NCBI GenBank assembly: GCA_038871515.1
Contig: JAVZHX010000002.1
Location: 100,641-164,640 of the forward strand
Source: Candidatus Micrarchaeia archaeon
GTDB taxonomy: Archaea; Micrarchaeota; Micrarchaeia; Burarchaeales; Fermentimicrarchaeaceae
Length of the DNA stretch: 64,000 nt
Direction of reading: 5' to 3'
Part shown: positions 9,558 to 18,959 of the stretch, piece after piece
Layout of the letters: the number at the start of each line of letters is the position of its first letter
Position numbering within the stretch: the first letter of the stretch is position 1
Translations under genes and position numbers: made by a program
The notes under the pieces: model-generated
The model's input: only the letters and a program-made list of their open reading frames with translations
Told to the model about the DNA's origin: nothing
The model's database searches: none

Positions 9558-10277
9558 ATGGAAAAGGAGTTGAAAGCTAGGTGGGAGGAGTTTGTTAAGA
9601 AACATGGGGATGAAGCGTATTGTAGAGTAGATGAATTTTTGACTGATTTGGAAAAAAGTTACAAGAGGGATAAAGTCAGGGAGTTTCAGAGGGCGGGTGC
9701 GGATTTCCAGACAGCAAGCGTTAAAGCCAGGCAATCATGGGTTGTTTATGTAGGAAACATGTTAGAGAGTATTATACGCCTTGCAGTTGAACCCATAGTG
9801 AGGAAGTATGAAGCTAAAATTGTTAGTGATAAAGAAATACAAAGGACCACTACACGCACAGAGTTGGATTTGGTCAGACGTGCCTTGCTGGTTCATTTTG
9901 ATAGATACTCCTTTCTACCTGATGCGGATTTGATAATTTACAAGTATGATAAAAAACATAATGTGGTAAGAATTTTGGCAATTCTTTCAGTAAAAAATTC
10001 ATTTAGGGAAAGATATACTGAAACTCCATACTGGAAACTGAAACTGAAGCAGAGTGAAATCACCCGGCGTATACGTGTGTTTATGGTTACTACGGATAGG
10101 GACGATGAAATTTCATATACAGAAAAACCATCTAAAGCAAGAGTGATACTGGAATACGAGCTAGACGGAGTTTACATAACGAAAAGGAAGGAGGAGTTTG
10201 AGAGTTCTGATAAAGTTGGTAATCTACTTGACTTATTTAAAGAGCTAGTTCGTATTTTGAGGGAGAATGATAAGTGA
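9558..10277 (+). CDS. Type II restriction endonuclease, BsaWI-like (CCGG-family PD-(D/E)xK)
   Basis: PDADLII...SVKNSFRERY.ET.YWK motif; starts 1 nt after the methyltransferase stop. Confidence 0.72.
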   Translation: MEKELKARWEEFVKKHGDEAYCRVDEFLTDLEKSYKRDKVREFQRAGADFQTASVKARQSWVVYVGNMLESIIRLAVEPIVRKYEAKIVSDKEIQRTTTRTELDLVRRALLVHFDRYSFLPDADLIIYKYDKKHNVVRILAILSVKNSFRERYTETPYWKLKLKQSEITRRIRVFMVTTDRDDEISYTEKPSKARVILEYELDGVYITKRKEEFESSDKVGNLLDLFKELVRILRENDK

Positions 10278-10350
10278 AGTTGCAAGTAAAACAAGCATAT
10301 GTTTTTAAATTCTCACTTCTAAATTTTTATTCCAAATTTCAGGTGTTTCT

Positions 10351-10872
10351 ATGGGTTTGAGGCCAGCGCACACATGCCGAGATGTCGGAAAAGTTTCATG
10401 GACAAGGTACTCAAAAAAGAAGCCGAGAAAATCATACGTGAAAGCACTACCACACAACGCAGTTCAGATTTTTGATATGGGTGACGCTGGAAAAAAGTAT
10501 GAAAGCGAAATTCAGGTGATTGCTGAAAAACCAGTTCAGATAAGGGATAGCGCTTTGGAGGCTGCAAGACAGGCAGCAAACAAATACCTTGAAAAACAAA
10601 TCCCTGGAAACTACTACTTCAAGGTTGCTGTTTTCCCTCATAATATAATAAGAGAAAATAAAATGATTGTTGGCGCTGGTGCGGATAGGCTGCAGAAAGG
10701 AATGAGGCATGCATTTGGGAGGCCAACTGACAGGGGCGCAAAACTCAGAGCTAACCAGCCGGTATTTAAAATAAGGTTCTTCAAAAAGGATTTTGGTTTC
10801 ATCCAGGAGGCAGTAAGGAGGGCGAAGCTCAAGCTTTCCGGAACTTACTTAACAAAACTTGTTGATTTATAA
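10351..10872 (+). CDS. rpl10e: 50S ribosomal protein L10e (uL16)
   Basis: MGLRPA, ALEAAR, RENKM..GAGADR.QKGMR.AFGRP. Confidence 0.96.
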   Translation: MGLRPAHTCRDVGKVSWTRYSKKKPRKSYVKALPHNAVQIFDMGDAGKKYESEIQVIAEKPVQIRDSALEAARQAANKYLEKQIPGNYYFKVAVFPHNIIRENKMIVGAGADRLQKGMRHAFGRPTDRGAKLRANQPVFKIRFFKKDFGFIQEAVRRAKLKLSGTYLTKLVDL

Positions 10873-10889
10873 TTATTGGAGGTGTGGGA

Positions 10890-13800
10890 ATGGAGAATGT
10901 GCTTTGGTTTTCTCAGATAGGAAAGGAAGATGTTGGAAAGGTTGGTGGTAAGGGAGCAAACCTTGGAGAGATGGCTGGTATAGGGCTTCCAATTCCAAAC
11001 GGGTTCTGCACAACAAGCGAGGCATATTTCAAATTTCTGAAAGCAAACGGAATTGACAAGGCAATTGCAAAGCTGACTGAAAATTTGGATGTGCAGGATA
11101 CCAAGAGGCTTATGGCGGTTAGCGATGAGATAAAAGCCCTCATCATGTCAGGAAAGATTCCTGATGATATAAGAACCGATATAATAAGAGCGTATAACAA
11201 GCTATGCGGTGCTGAGATACCAACCTCTTCTCAGGAGGTTTACGTTGCTGTGAGAAGCTCTGCAACTGCTGAGGATTTGCCTGACGCCAGCTTTGCGGGA
11301 CAGCAGGCAACATTCCTGAATGTAAAGGGAGCGGAGAACGTTGTGAAAGCAGTTCAGAAGTGCTGGGCTTCCCTTTTTGAGAGCAGAGCAATTTATTACA
11401 GGCAGGAGAAGGGTTATAGCCATCTTAAAGTTGGGCTTGCTGCAGTTGTTCAGGAGATGGTTCAATCAGAAAAATCAGGAGTTATGTTCACAAGCGACCC
11501 AATCACAAATGACAGAAACAAAATAGGGATTGAGGCTGCTTATGGTTTGGGTGAGATTGTTGTTTCAGGCTCAATCACTCCTGACAGGTATGTTGTTAGC
11601 AAGGACAAACTTGAGATACTTGAGAAGCACGTTGCAAAGCAAACCTGGATGATAACAAAGGTGGATGATAGAAATGAGCACGTGGATATTAAACCAGAAT
11701 TCCAGGAGAAGCAGAAAATAACTGATGAGGAGATAATAAAACTTGCCAAATACGGAAAAGAAATTGAGGAGCATTATAAATGGCCCCAGGATATTGAGTG
11801 GGCGATTGCTGGAGGGGAGATATTCATCGTTCAAAGCAGGCCAATTACAACTTTGAAGAAAGGAGGTGAGGCTGTGGAGGAAAGTGTTTCTGTTTCAAGC
11901 GCTGAAATAATTTTAAGGGGTTTGGGAGCAAGCCCTGGAGTTGCTGTTGGAAAAGTCAAAATTATTCCAACTGCAAAGGATATTGGAAGGATGGAGAAAG
12001 GTGAAATACTTGTGACTGAGATGACTTCACCTGATTATGTGCCTGCGATGAAAAAAGCAGCTGCAATACTCACTAACTCAGGAGGAGCAACATGCTTTGC
12101 CGGCAAAACAAAGGTTCTCACAGAGAGAGGGTTTATGGAGATTGCAGAGGTTTATGAGAGGGTTAAATCGGGTGAGGAGCTATCAGTTCTTTCGGTTGAT
12201 GAATCAAAACTGAAAGCAGTTTGGAGGCGTGTTGTGAATGCGTTCAAGCGAAAATCCACTCTTTGGAGAATCAGCGTATCGCAGACTGGAAATTCAGAGC
12301 AGAACACGCTGGATGTGACGCCAGACCATAAGATGCTCACATTTGAGAGAAGGAAGCTTGTTGAGAGGAAGCTTTGCGATATGCTTGAAAGGGAGGAGAT
12401 GCTGTGCGCAGTTGACAGAATTCCTGAGCTGAGCTGCTCAAATGAGGGAAGCCTGCCCTACTTGGCAGGAGCGATACTCACCGATGGTTACTACGACTTT
12501 GATGCAAGGCACGGGAGAGTTGTTTTCACGCAGAAGAGAACTCCTGAAAAGGAGGAATTCATCAACTCAGTAAAGGAGTGCTTTGAGGATGTGTTTGGGT
12601 ATGGGTTTACTGGTGAGAGGGAGAAAATTTCAAACGGTGTTTTGAGCAGAACAGGGGAGAGAGTTATTGGAGGGGCAACTGACTTTGTATGCAGCAGGAA
12701 GGAACCTGCTGAGAGGTTTGCAGGAATTGAAGCCAACCTGCGTGAATGGGTGCTTTCCCTTGATGAAACCTCATTATACAACTTCCTAGCAGGAGTTTTG
12801 GATGGGGATGGAAGCATAAACGCTGAGAGGAATAGGCTGCACATATACGTTGGAGATGAGAAACTTGCAGAAGCAGTGATTATTGCGTGCCTGAGGTTGG
12901 GTATCCTCCCTCAGGTGAGCATTCAAAGAGGAAGCTGCTACAACATACAGATTGTTGAGAAACTGCAGGAGCTTCTGAAGCATTCAAAGAGAATAAAACA
13001 CGGAGTAAGTGAAAAGAAGCTTGGAGTGAAGCTATTTGCTGCAAAGCAGCTTTTTGATGATGTTGTTGATGAGGCAAACTACAAGGGAAGAGTGAAACCA
13101 TACGTGAATAGAAACCTGCTGATTGACTCAAGAAAGATAGAGGTAAACGTGCTGCCTCTGCTGAAAAATAATGTCGGGGAGGAAGTTAAGAGAATTATAA
13201 AATCGGATTTGAGGATGCTGAGGGCTGAGAAGGAGGAGGAGCTGGGAGAGGGAGAGGTATACAACATTGAGGTTGAGGGGGATCACAACTATGTTGTTTT
13301 CACAAGGATGTACACGCCAGTGTTGGTGAGAAACTGCCACGCAGCAATAGTGAGCAGGGAGCTTGGTGTTCCCTGCATAGTTGGAACAAAGAACGCAACA
13401 GAAGTGCTGAAGGATGGGGATGTGATTACTGTTGATGCGAAAATGGGCGTTGTTTACAGAGGAAAAGTTGACATAGCAGTTGCAAAGAAGCCAGAGGAAG
13501 GAGGAGCTGCACCAGTTGCAGTTTCAGCCCCAGTTATAACTGGAACGAAAATATATGTGAATTTAGGCGAGCCGGAGCTTGCTGAGAAGATAGCTGCGAT
13601 GAACGTTGATGGAGTTGGTTTGTTCAGAGCGGAGTTTATGATTGCGGGCATTGGAGTTCACCCAAGAAAGGCAATTGAGGAGCACAGGGAGCAGGAGTAT
13701 GTTGACAAGCTTGCTGAGGGAATGAGAAGAATATGCGCAGCCTTCTACCCAAGGCCAGTTGTTTACAGGGCTACTGACTTCAAAACAAATGAATACAGAA

Positions 13801-14462
13801 ACTTAGAAGGAGGGGAAAAGTATGAACCTCAGGAGGAGAACCCAATGATGGGTTACAGGGGATGCTCGCGTTACACAAGCGAGCCGGATGCATTCAAGCT
13901 TGAGGTGGATGCAATAAAGAAGGTGAGAGAGGTATATGGGTTAAAGAATTTGTGGCTGATGATACCTGTTGTCAGAACAGTTGAGGAGCTTGTTGAAATT
14001 AAGAAGCTGCTTGAGCAGTTCGGCTTGAAGAGAAGCAGGGATTTCAAACTGTGGATAATGGTTGAGGTGCCCAGCACAATATTCCTTGCCCAGGAGTTCT
14101 GCGATGTGGGGATAGATGGAATATCAATAGGAAGCAATGATTTAACTCAGTTCACTTTGGCATGTGACAGGGATAACCCAACCCTTGCAGCGAAGTTTGA
14201 TGAAAGAAACGAAGCAGTTATGAAGGCGATAAAGCACGTGATAAGGGTTTGCAGAAAGAACGGAGTCACAACTTCAATCTGCGGGCAGGCGCCAAGCGTT
14301 TACCCAGAATATGCAGAAAAGCTTGTTGAATTTGGGATAACGAGCATTTCAGTGAACCCTGACATGATTGATGTGACAAGGAGAAACGTTGCAAGCGCTG
14401 AGAGGAAGCTCATGCTGAGAAAGTTAATAGAGCTTACAGAGAAGGATGAGTTTGAGTTCTGA
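10890..14462 (+). CDS. ppsA: Phosphoenolpyruvate synthase (pyruvate,water dikinase), intein-containing
   Basis: VGGKGANLGE, VAVRSSATAED, QDIEWA, GGAT/CHAAIVSRELG phospho-His motif split by the intein, EENPMMGYRG, SIGSNDLTQ. Confidence 0.96.
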   Translation: MENVLWFSQIGKEDVGKVGGKGANLGEMAGIGLPIPNGFCTTSEAYFKFLKANGIDKAIAKLTENLDVQDTKRLMAVSDEIKALIMSGKIPDDIRTDIIRAYNKLCGAEIPTSSQEVYVAVRSSATAEDLPDASFAGQQATFLNVKGAENVVKAVQKCWASLFESRAIYYRQEKGYSHLKVGLAAVVQEMVQSEKSGVMFTSDPITNDRNKIGIEAAYGLGEIVVSGSITPDRYVVSKDKLEILEKHVAKQTWMITKVDDRNEHVDIKPEFQEKQKITDEEIIKLAKYGKEIEEHYKWPQDIEWAIAGGEIFIVQSRPITTLKKGGEAVEESVSVSSAEIILRGLGASPGVAVGKVKIIPTAKDIGRMEKGEILVTEMTSPDYVPAMKKAAAILTNSGGATCFAGKTKVLTERGFMEIAEVYERVKSGEELSVLSVDESKLKAVWRRVVNAFKRKSTLWRISVSQTGNSEQNTLDVTPDHKMLTFERRKLVERKLCDMLEREEMLCAVDRIPELSCSNEGSLPYLAGAILTDGYYDFDARHGRVVFTQKRTPEKEEFINSVKECFEDVFGYGFTGEREKISNGVLSRTGERVIGGATDFVCSRKEPAERFAGIEANLREWVLSLDETSLYNFLAGVLDGDGSINAERNRLHIYVGDEKLAEAVIIACLRLGILPQVSIQRGSCYNIQIVEKLQELLKHSKRIKHGVSEKKLGVKLFAAKQLFDDVVDEANYKGRVKPYVNRNLLIDSRKIEVNVLPLLKNNVGEEVKRIIKSDLRMLRAEKEEELGEGEVYNIEVEGDHNYVVFTRMYTPVLVRNCHAAIVSRELGVPCIVGTKNATEVLKDGDVITVDAKMGVVYRGKVDIAVAKKPEEGGAAPVAVSAPVITGTKIYVNLGEPELAEKIAAMNVDGVGLFRAEFMIAGIGVHPRKAIEEHREQEYVDKLAEGMRRICAAFYPRPVVYRATDFKTNEYRNLEGGEKYEPQEENPMMGYRGCSRYTSEPDAFKLEVDAIKKVREVYGLKNLWLMIPVVRTVEELVEIKKLLEQFGLKRSRDFKLWIMVEVPSTIFLAQEFCDVGIDGISIGSNDLTQFTLACDRDNPTLAAKFDERNEAVMKAIKHVIRVCRKNGVTTSICGQAPSVYPEYAEKLVEFGITSISVNPDMIDVTRRNVASAERKLMLRKLIELTEKDEFEF
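12093..13334 (+). mobile_element. Intein (414 aa) with LAGLIDADG homing endonuclease inside ppsA
   Basis: Begins CFAGKTKV; block B VTPDHKM; LAGLIDADG-like YLAGAILTDG and FLAGVLDGDG; block F VYNIEVEGDHNY; ends VRN before Cys+1. Excision restores GGAT-CHAA. Confidence 0.95.
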
Positions 14463-14486
14463 TTTTTTCAATTATAAAGGGATTCT

Positions 14487-15395
14487 GTGAGAGTTCTTCT
14501 CCAGCTTCCAGAGGGTTTGAAGGGAAAAGCATTAAAACTAGCTGAAAAACTTGAAAGGAAGGGGGATGAGGTCGTTATCTCATGCTCCCCTTGCTACGGA
14601 GCTTGTGATGTTTCTTTAGAAGAAGCAAGAAAGTGCAAAGCAGATAGAATAATTCAATACGGGCACTCTCCTTTTAAAATTAAAAGCAGAATACCTGTTG
14701 AGTTTGTTGAATATAGAACTCCTGTTAAGTTCAAAGCAGTTGTTAAGAAAGCGCTGAAGGAGTTGAAAGGTTTCAGAAGAGTTGGTTTGGTTACCACTGT
14801 TCAGCATATTGGGCAGCTTGATGAAATAAAAGAATTTCTTGAAAGAAACGGCAAAGTTGTTTTAATTGGGAAGCACGGAAGAAGAGCTTATTATGATGGA
14901 CAGATACTTGGGTGTGACTGGGGAAGCGTGAAAAGTATAGAGAAGAAAGTTGACTGCTTTCTGTTTTTTGGAGGAGGGTTGTTTCATGCGCTTGGCGGTG
15001 CAGTTGCAACTGAAAAACCATTTTTAGCAGTAGACCCATTTATGAGAAAGGTTAGATGGATGGGGGAGGAGAGGAAAAGAGAGCTGGGAAGGAGGAGGGG
15101 GGCTTTTCTTGCCGCGCTTGCTGCGAAGAAATTTGGTATAGTTTGTAGCACAAAGCCAGGGCAGTTCAACCTGAAAATTGCTGTAAGAGTGAAGAGGGAG
15201 TTGGAGAGAAGCGGAAGGAAAGCCGAGGTATTGATTTGCAATGAAGTCGATTACGAGTCACTTAACAACTTTATTGAAATTGACTGCTTTGTCAACACTG
15301 CCTGCCCCAGAATAGCTGAAGACTATGAAAGAGTCAGAAAGCCAATTCTAGGGGTAGAAGAAGTTAAAAAATTAATAAAAATAAAAAATAAATGA
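14487..15395 (+). CDS. dph2: Diphthamide biosynthesis enzyme Dph2
   Basis: LQLPEGLK, CYGACD, GQILGC, TACPRI Fe-S cysteines. Confidence 0.95.
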   Translation: MRVLLQLPEGLKGKALKLAEKLERKGDEVVISCSPCYGACDVSLEEARKCKADRIIQYGHSPFKIKSRIPVEFVEYRTPVKFKAVVKKALKELKGFRRVGLVTTVQHIGQLDEIKEFLERNGKVVLIGKHGRRAYYDGQILGCDWGSVKSIEKKVDCFLFFGGGLFHALGGAVATEKPFLAVDPFMRKVRWMGEERKRELGRRRGAFLAALAAKKFGIVCSTKPGQFNLKIAVRVKRELERSGRKAEVLICNEVDYESLNNFIEIDCFVNTACPRIAEDYERVRKPILGVEEVKKLIKIKNK

Positions 15396-15397
15396 AC

Positions 15398-15919
15398 CTA
15401 TGCCTCAAACCTGGCTGAGAAGGTTCCAACGGCAATTCTTTGGATTTTGGTGTCTGCTTCTGTGTAGTTTATATATATTCTTCCGTTGTACTGAGCCCCG
15501 ATGGATGTATCAACAGAACTTCCGTCGGCATCTGTGCATGTCACATTGAATGTGCCTGGCTTTGCAACAAAGCCCTTGCTTCCAGATGCAATTGTTATGT
15601 TTGGGTCACCAGAATAATCAGTATACAGTATGGCTCCACTTGTTGCATATGCTTGGCTGGTGTTTTGTGTGCAGGTCACTCCTGTCACTGTAATTGAATG
15701 CCCTGTCCCCTGCCCAATCTCAAGTGTGAGATGACCTGAGCCTGCGTGAAGTTTTGTCGTTGTGCACGTAATTCCTGCTGGGAAGGTGCACTGGGACGGC
15801 ACGGGTGGAGTAAGCACTCCAAGGTAGAACAGCACTGCCAGCACCACCATAATTATCAGTATTGCCCACCCGTAAGTCATAAGGTATTCCATTGCTGTTT
15901 GACCCTTTCTCATTCTCAT
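15398..15919 (-). CDS. Type IV pilin-like protein with class III signal peptide
   Basis: MRMRKG/QTAMEYLMTYGWAILII: basic leader, cleavage after Gly, Glu at +5, hydrophobic helix, then a Cys-containing beta-rich domain with NxT/S sequons. Confidence 0.85.
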   Translation of the reverse strand: MRMRKGQTAMEYLMTYGWAILIIMVVLAVLFYLGVLTPPVPSQCTFPAGITCTTTKLHAGSGHLTLEIGQGTGHSITVTGVTCTQNTSQAYATSGAILYTDYSGDPNITIASGSKGFVAKPGTFNVTCTDADGSSVDTSIGAQYNGRIYINYTEADTKIQRIAVGTFSARFEA

Positions 15920-16007
15920 TCAAAACCACCTCTTATGTCCAACATACCTTTAGACGTAAGTTATTTTCATATGCTCCTTTTTAAATCTTTCTCTTTTTTG
16001 AATGAAA

Positions 16008-16700
16008 TTACCTCACAACACTTCCGGAATGCTTTCTCCCCTCAACAGCCTTCTCAACATCCCCAAGGTTTTTTCCATAAATAAAATGGGTTTCTATCTT
16101 TGAGCGGGCGATTATTTTGCATGCAATCACATCAAATATGAACCTTGTGCCAGCTTTTCTCTCATCGTGCTGGGAGGCAAGCTGTATCAGTTGGCTGAAG
16201 CTCATCTGAGGAATTTTCCTTGCGCTCCTCTCCTTCCTGGGGTCAGCCGTGTAAACACCATCAACATTGCTTAAATTCACTATTCTCCTTGCACCAAGCA
16301 GCTCTGCAAGCAGAGCAGCATCCGTATCTGTTGTTATACCGGGAATTGTTCCTCCCATCAGCACAATTTTCCCACTGCTAACCCCCGCAGCTGCTTCCCT
16401 GAAACTCCTTGCAACAACAGGGTATGCATCCTCCCCAAGCGCAGCAATGAGAAGCATAGCGTTTGAGCGAGTGCATAGAACTGCAGTTTCATCTGCAAGG
16501 AACTCACTCCCTCCAAGCTTCCTTATTGCAGATGCCTGCTCCCTTGCAGGCGCTCCCCCTCCACAAACAACAGCAATCTCGTGCTTTTTGGATAGTTTTT
16601 TAAGAAGTGCTGCAAGCCCCTTTATGAAAGCAAAATCAGGCTTGCCTGGGTTGATAAGACTTCCGCCAACTGAAAGAACCACCTTCAAGCAATCACCCAT
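16008..16700 (-). CDS. pyrH: Uridylate kinase
   Basis: SVGGS, VCGGG..AR, PGITTD, NVDGVYTADP, FD..A.KII.RS. Confidence 0.93.
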   Translation of the reverse strand: MGDCLKVVLSVGGSLINPGKPDFAFIKGLAALLKKLSKKHEIAVVCGGGAPAREQASAIRKLGGSEFLADETAVLCTRSNAMLLIAALGEDAYPVVARSFREAAAGVSSGKIVLMGGTIPGITTDTDAALLAELLGARRIVNLSNVDGVYTADPRKERSARKIPQMSFSQLIQLASQHDERKAGTRFIFDVIACKIIARSKIETHFIYGKNLGDVEKAVEGRKHSGSVVR

Positions 16701-16733
16701 TAATATAAAAGGCTTTATAAATATAATTTACTC

Positions 16734-17288
16734 ATGGCGAAGTTCAAAAAAAGTATTGAAAAAATCGTAAAGCTTCTTGAGGAGGAGGAGAGGGAGCAGG
16801 ATGAGCTGCTTAAGCTTACAAGAGAAATTGTAAGGGGCTGCTCTGTTGCGATAAAGTGCATACACTCCAAAGAGCTGAAAGAATCTGAAAGGAGAATTGA
16901 AGAGGTGAAGAAGCTTGTTGAGAAGATGAGTAAGTTTGATAAATTTGAAAATATAACAATTCAGGCTTACCAGGAGTATGCTGAAGCAGGAGTGCTTCTC
17001 TCAATAATAAAGAGAAAGGAAACTCCAACCTATGAGGAGCTTGGGGTTCCTTTCAAAGCATACTTGCTTGGTTTGTTGGACTGCGTTGGGGAGTTGAGGA
17101 GGGAGATGCTGGAGGAATTGAAGAGAGGGAATAAAAGAAACGCGGGTTACTACTTCTCAAAGATGGAGGAGCTATACGAAGCTCTCCTTCCAGTAAGATT
17201 TTCAAATTCCCTCATACCGAACTTCAGGAGGAAGCAGGACGTTGCGAGAATGCAGCTTGAGCAGGCGAGAAGCGAGCTGCTGAGATAG
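16734..17288 (+). CDS. Translin/TRAX-family protein
   Basis: RE.L.KLTREIVR, QEYAEA, YLLGLLDCVGELRR, RRKQD motifs. Confidence 0.85.
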   Translation: MAKFKKSIEKIVKLLEEEEREQDELLKLTREIVRGCSVAIKCIHSKELKESERRIEEVKKLVEKMSKFDKFENITIQAYQEYAEAGVLLSIIKRKETPTYEELGVPFKAYLLGLLDCVGELRREMLEELKRGNKRNAGYYFSKMEELYEALLPVRFSNSLIPNFRRKQDVARMQLEQARSELLR

Positions 17289-17324
17289 TGAAACTTTAAA
17301 TAAACTACCTGCGAAATACTGCTT

Positions 17325-17348
17325 ATGATGCCGTTCCAATCCAGTTGA
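17325..17348 (+). promoter_or_regulatory. Putative leader peptide MMPFQSS* upstream of serS
   Basis: ATG about 23-25 nt after a TTTAAATA box (17295-17302); ends in tandem Ser codons TCC AGT then TGA. Confidence 0.35.
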
Positions 17349-17429
17349 CTATGCACTTCTTCTCGGGAGCGGCAGCCCGAATGTTTATGTTTATTAACCT
17401 CAGTGTGAATAAGAATTCAGAGGGGTGTT

Positions 17430-18959
17430 GTGATGTTGTTTGAGCTTGAAGCCGTGCTTGAATTCAGCAATGATGTTTCGGGTAAGAAGGATGAGATAGG
17501 CAAGCTTCTGAATAGTGTAAACGAGGAGCTTTTCAAAAGAGGTGCTCCAAAAGGAAAGGAGAGCGAAGCATCTCGGCTTGAGGAGTGGAGCGTTGAGGGA
17601 AACAAGCTGAAAGTGAGGATAACCAGCGGAAGGTATGTGAGGGCGCCAGATGCCCTTCTAAGGTTAAGAAGCCAGCTCAATCTTCTGGGAGCAAAAATAA
17701 AGGCAGGAGTTAGAAGAATTGAGATAAAGAAACTCGAGGTTAAAGGAGTTGAGCTTGGGAGAAAACCATCTGAAGCGGTGAAAGTTGCTTTTTACGTTGA
17801 CAGAATAGATGTGAAAGGAGATAAAGCAGATATAAAATTCTCTCCTTCCTTACCAATTGACGTTATAGAAGCTGGGGGAGTTGACAGGATAGTTGAGCTG
17901 GTTGTTGAGAAAGTTGAAAGGCAGGAGTATGAGGGGAAGGAGGAAGTGAAGAAGCTTCTTTGGGAAAGCAAAGAAAAGAAAATGTTTTTTGACAAAGACC
18001 CAAGCGCTGAGCTTGAGAGGATGAACTGGATAAAGAGAACTCATGCAAAGGGGCAGTTCATTTACGGAAAGAACTTCACGTCAATTGTCAATGCAATTAA
18101 AGAAATTCTGTTGGAGCATCTGTATAAACCGCTTGGGTTCAGGGAGATGATTTTCCCGAAGTTTGAGCCATGGGATGTTCCTAAGAAGTCTGGGCATGCA
18201 AAGAGCATATACCCGGATGCGTATTACGTTATGGTTCCGAAGGTGAGCAACCCGAAGGAGTGGGAGGAGGTGATGGATTACTTCAGAATAACTGGGGAGG
18301 TGTATAAAGAAGGAATAATTAAGAGAGTTGAGCCTGTTGGCATTCTTTCATACGCTCAGTGCCCTCCCTTCTGGCAGTTTTTGGAAGGAAAGGTTATTAG
18401 GGAGGAGTCTCTTCCCCTCAAGTTGTATGACTGGAGCGGTCCAACCTACAGAAACGAAGCAGGAGGAACGCATGGAATTGCGAGGGTGGAGGAGTTTCAC
18501 AGAGTTGAAACTCTTTTCATAGGCTCGCCTGAGCAGGTGAGGGAAACTGCAAAGAAAGTTGAGGAGAAGCTAACCTTCATACTTGATGAGTTGCTTGAGC
18601 TTGAGATTAAGAAATACTCAGTTGTTCCGTGGTGGATGGCGCAGGAAGGGGAGAAGAAGCTTTCTGATAAAGCAACCGAGGGAATTGGGACGATTGACTT
18701 TGAGGCATACCTTCCTTACAAGGGAAGCAGGGAGAGAAGCGAGTGGCTTGAAATTCAGAATGTCAGCGTGATTGGGGAGAAATACCCAAAAGCATTCAGC
18801 GTGAAGTCAACAGGAGGGGAGCTTTGGAGCGGTTGTGCAGGAGGCAGTTTTGAAAGGTGGATATGTGCATTCCTTGCACAGAAAGGGTTTGATAAAAAGA
18901 ACTGGCCTGAGGAAGTTAAAAAGAGGGTGAAAGTTGAGGATGAAGTGAGGTTTGCCTAA
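17430..18959 (+). CDS. serS: Seryl-tRNA synthetase, methanogenic (type 2, Zn-dependent) form
   Basis: 509 aa with a long alpha/beta N-terminal domain (SGRYVR.PDALLR), YAQCPPF, WSGPTYRNE, EFHRVE, EIQNVS, WSGCAG..FERW. Confidence 0.88.
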   Translation: MMLFELEAVLEFSNDVSGKKDEIGKLLNSVNEELFKRGAPKGKESEASRLEEWSVEGNKLKVRITSGRYVRAPDALLRLRSQLNLLGAKIKAGVRRIEIKKLEVKGVELGRKPSEAVKVAFYVDRIDVKGDKADIKFSPSLPIDVIEAGGVDRIVELVVEKVERQEYEGKEEVKKLLWESKEKKMFFDKDPSAELERMNWIKRTHAKGQFIYGKNFTSIVNAIKEILLEHLYKPLGFREMIFPKFEPWDVPKKSGHAKSIYPDAYYVMVPKVSNPKEWEEVMDYFRITGEVYKEGIIKRVEPVGILSYAQCPPFWQFLEGKVIREESLPLKLYDWSGPTYRNEAGGTHGIARVEEFHRVETLFIGSPEQVRETAKKVEEKLTFILDELLELEIKKYSVVPWWMAQEGEKKLSDKATEGIGTIDFEAYLPYKGSRERSEWLEIQNVSVIGEKYPKAFSVKSTGGELWSGCAGGSFERWICAFLAQKGFDKKNWPEEVKKRVKVEDEVRFA

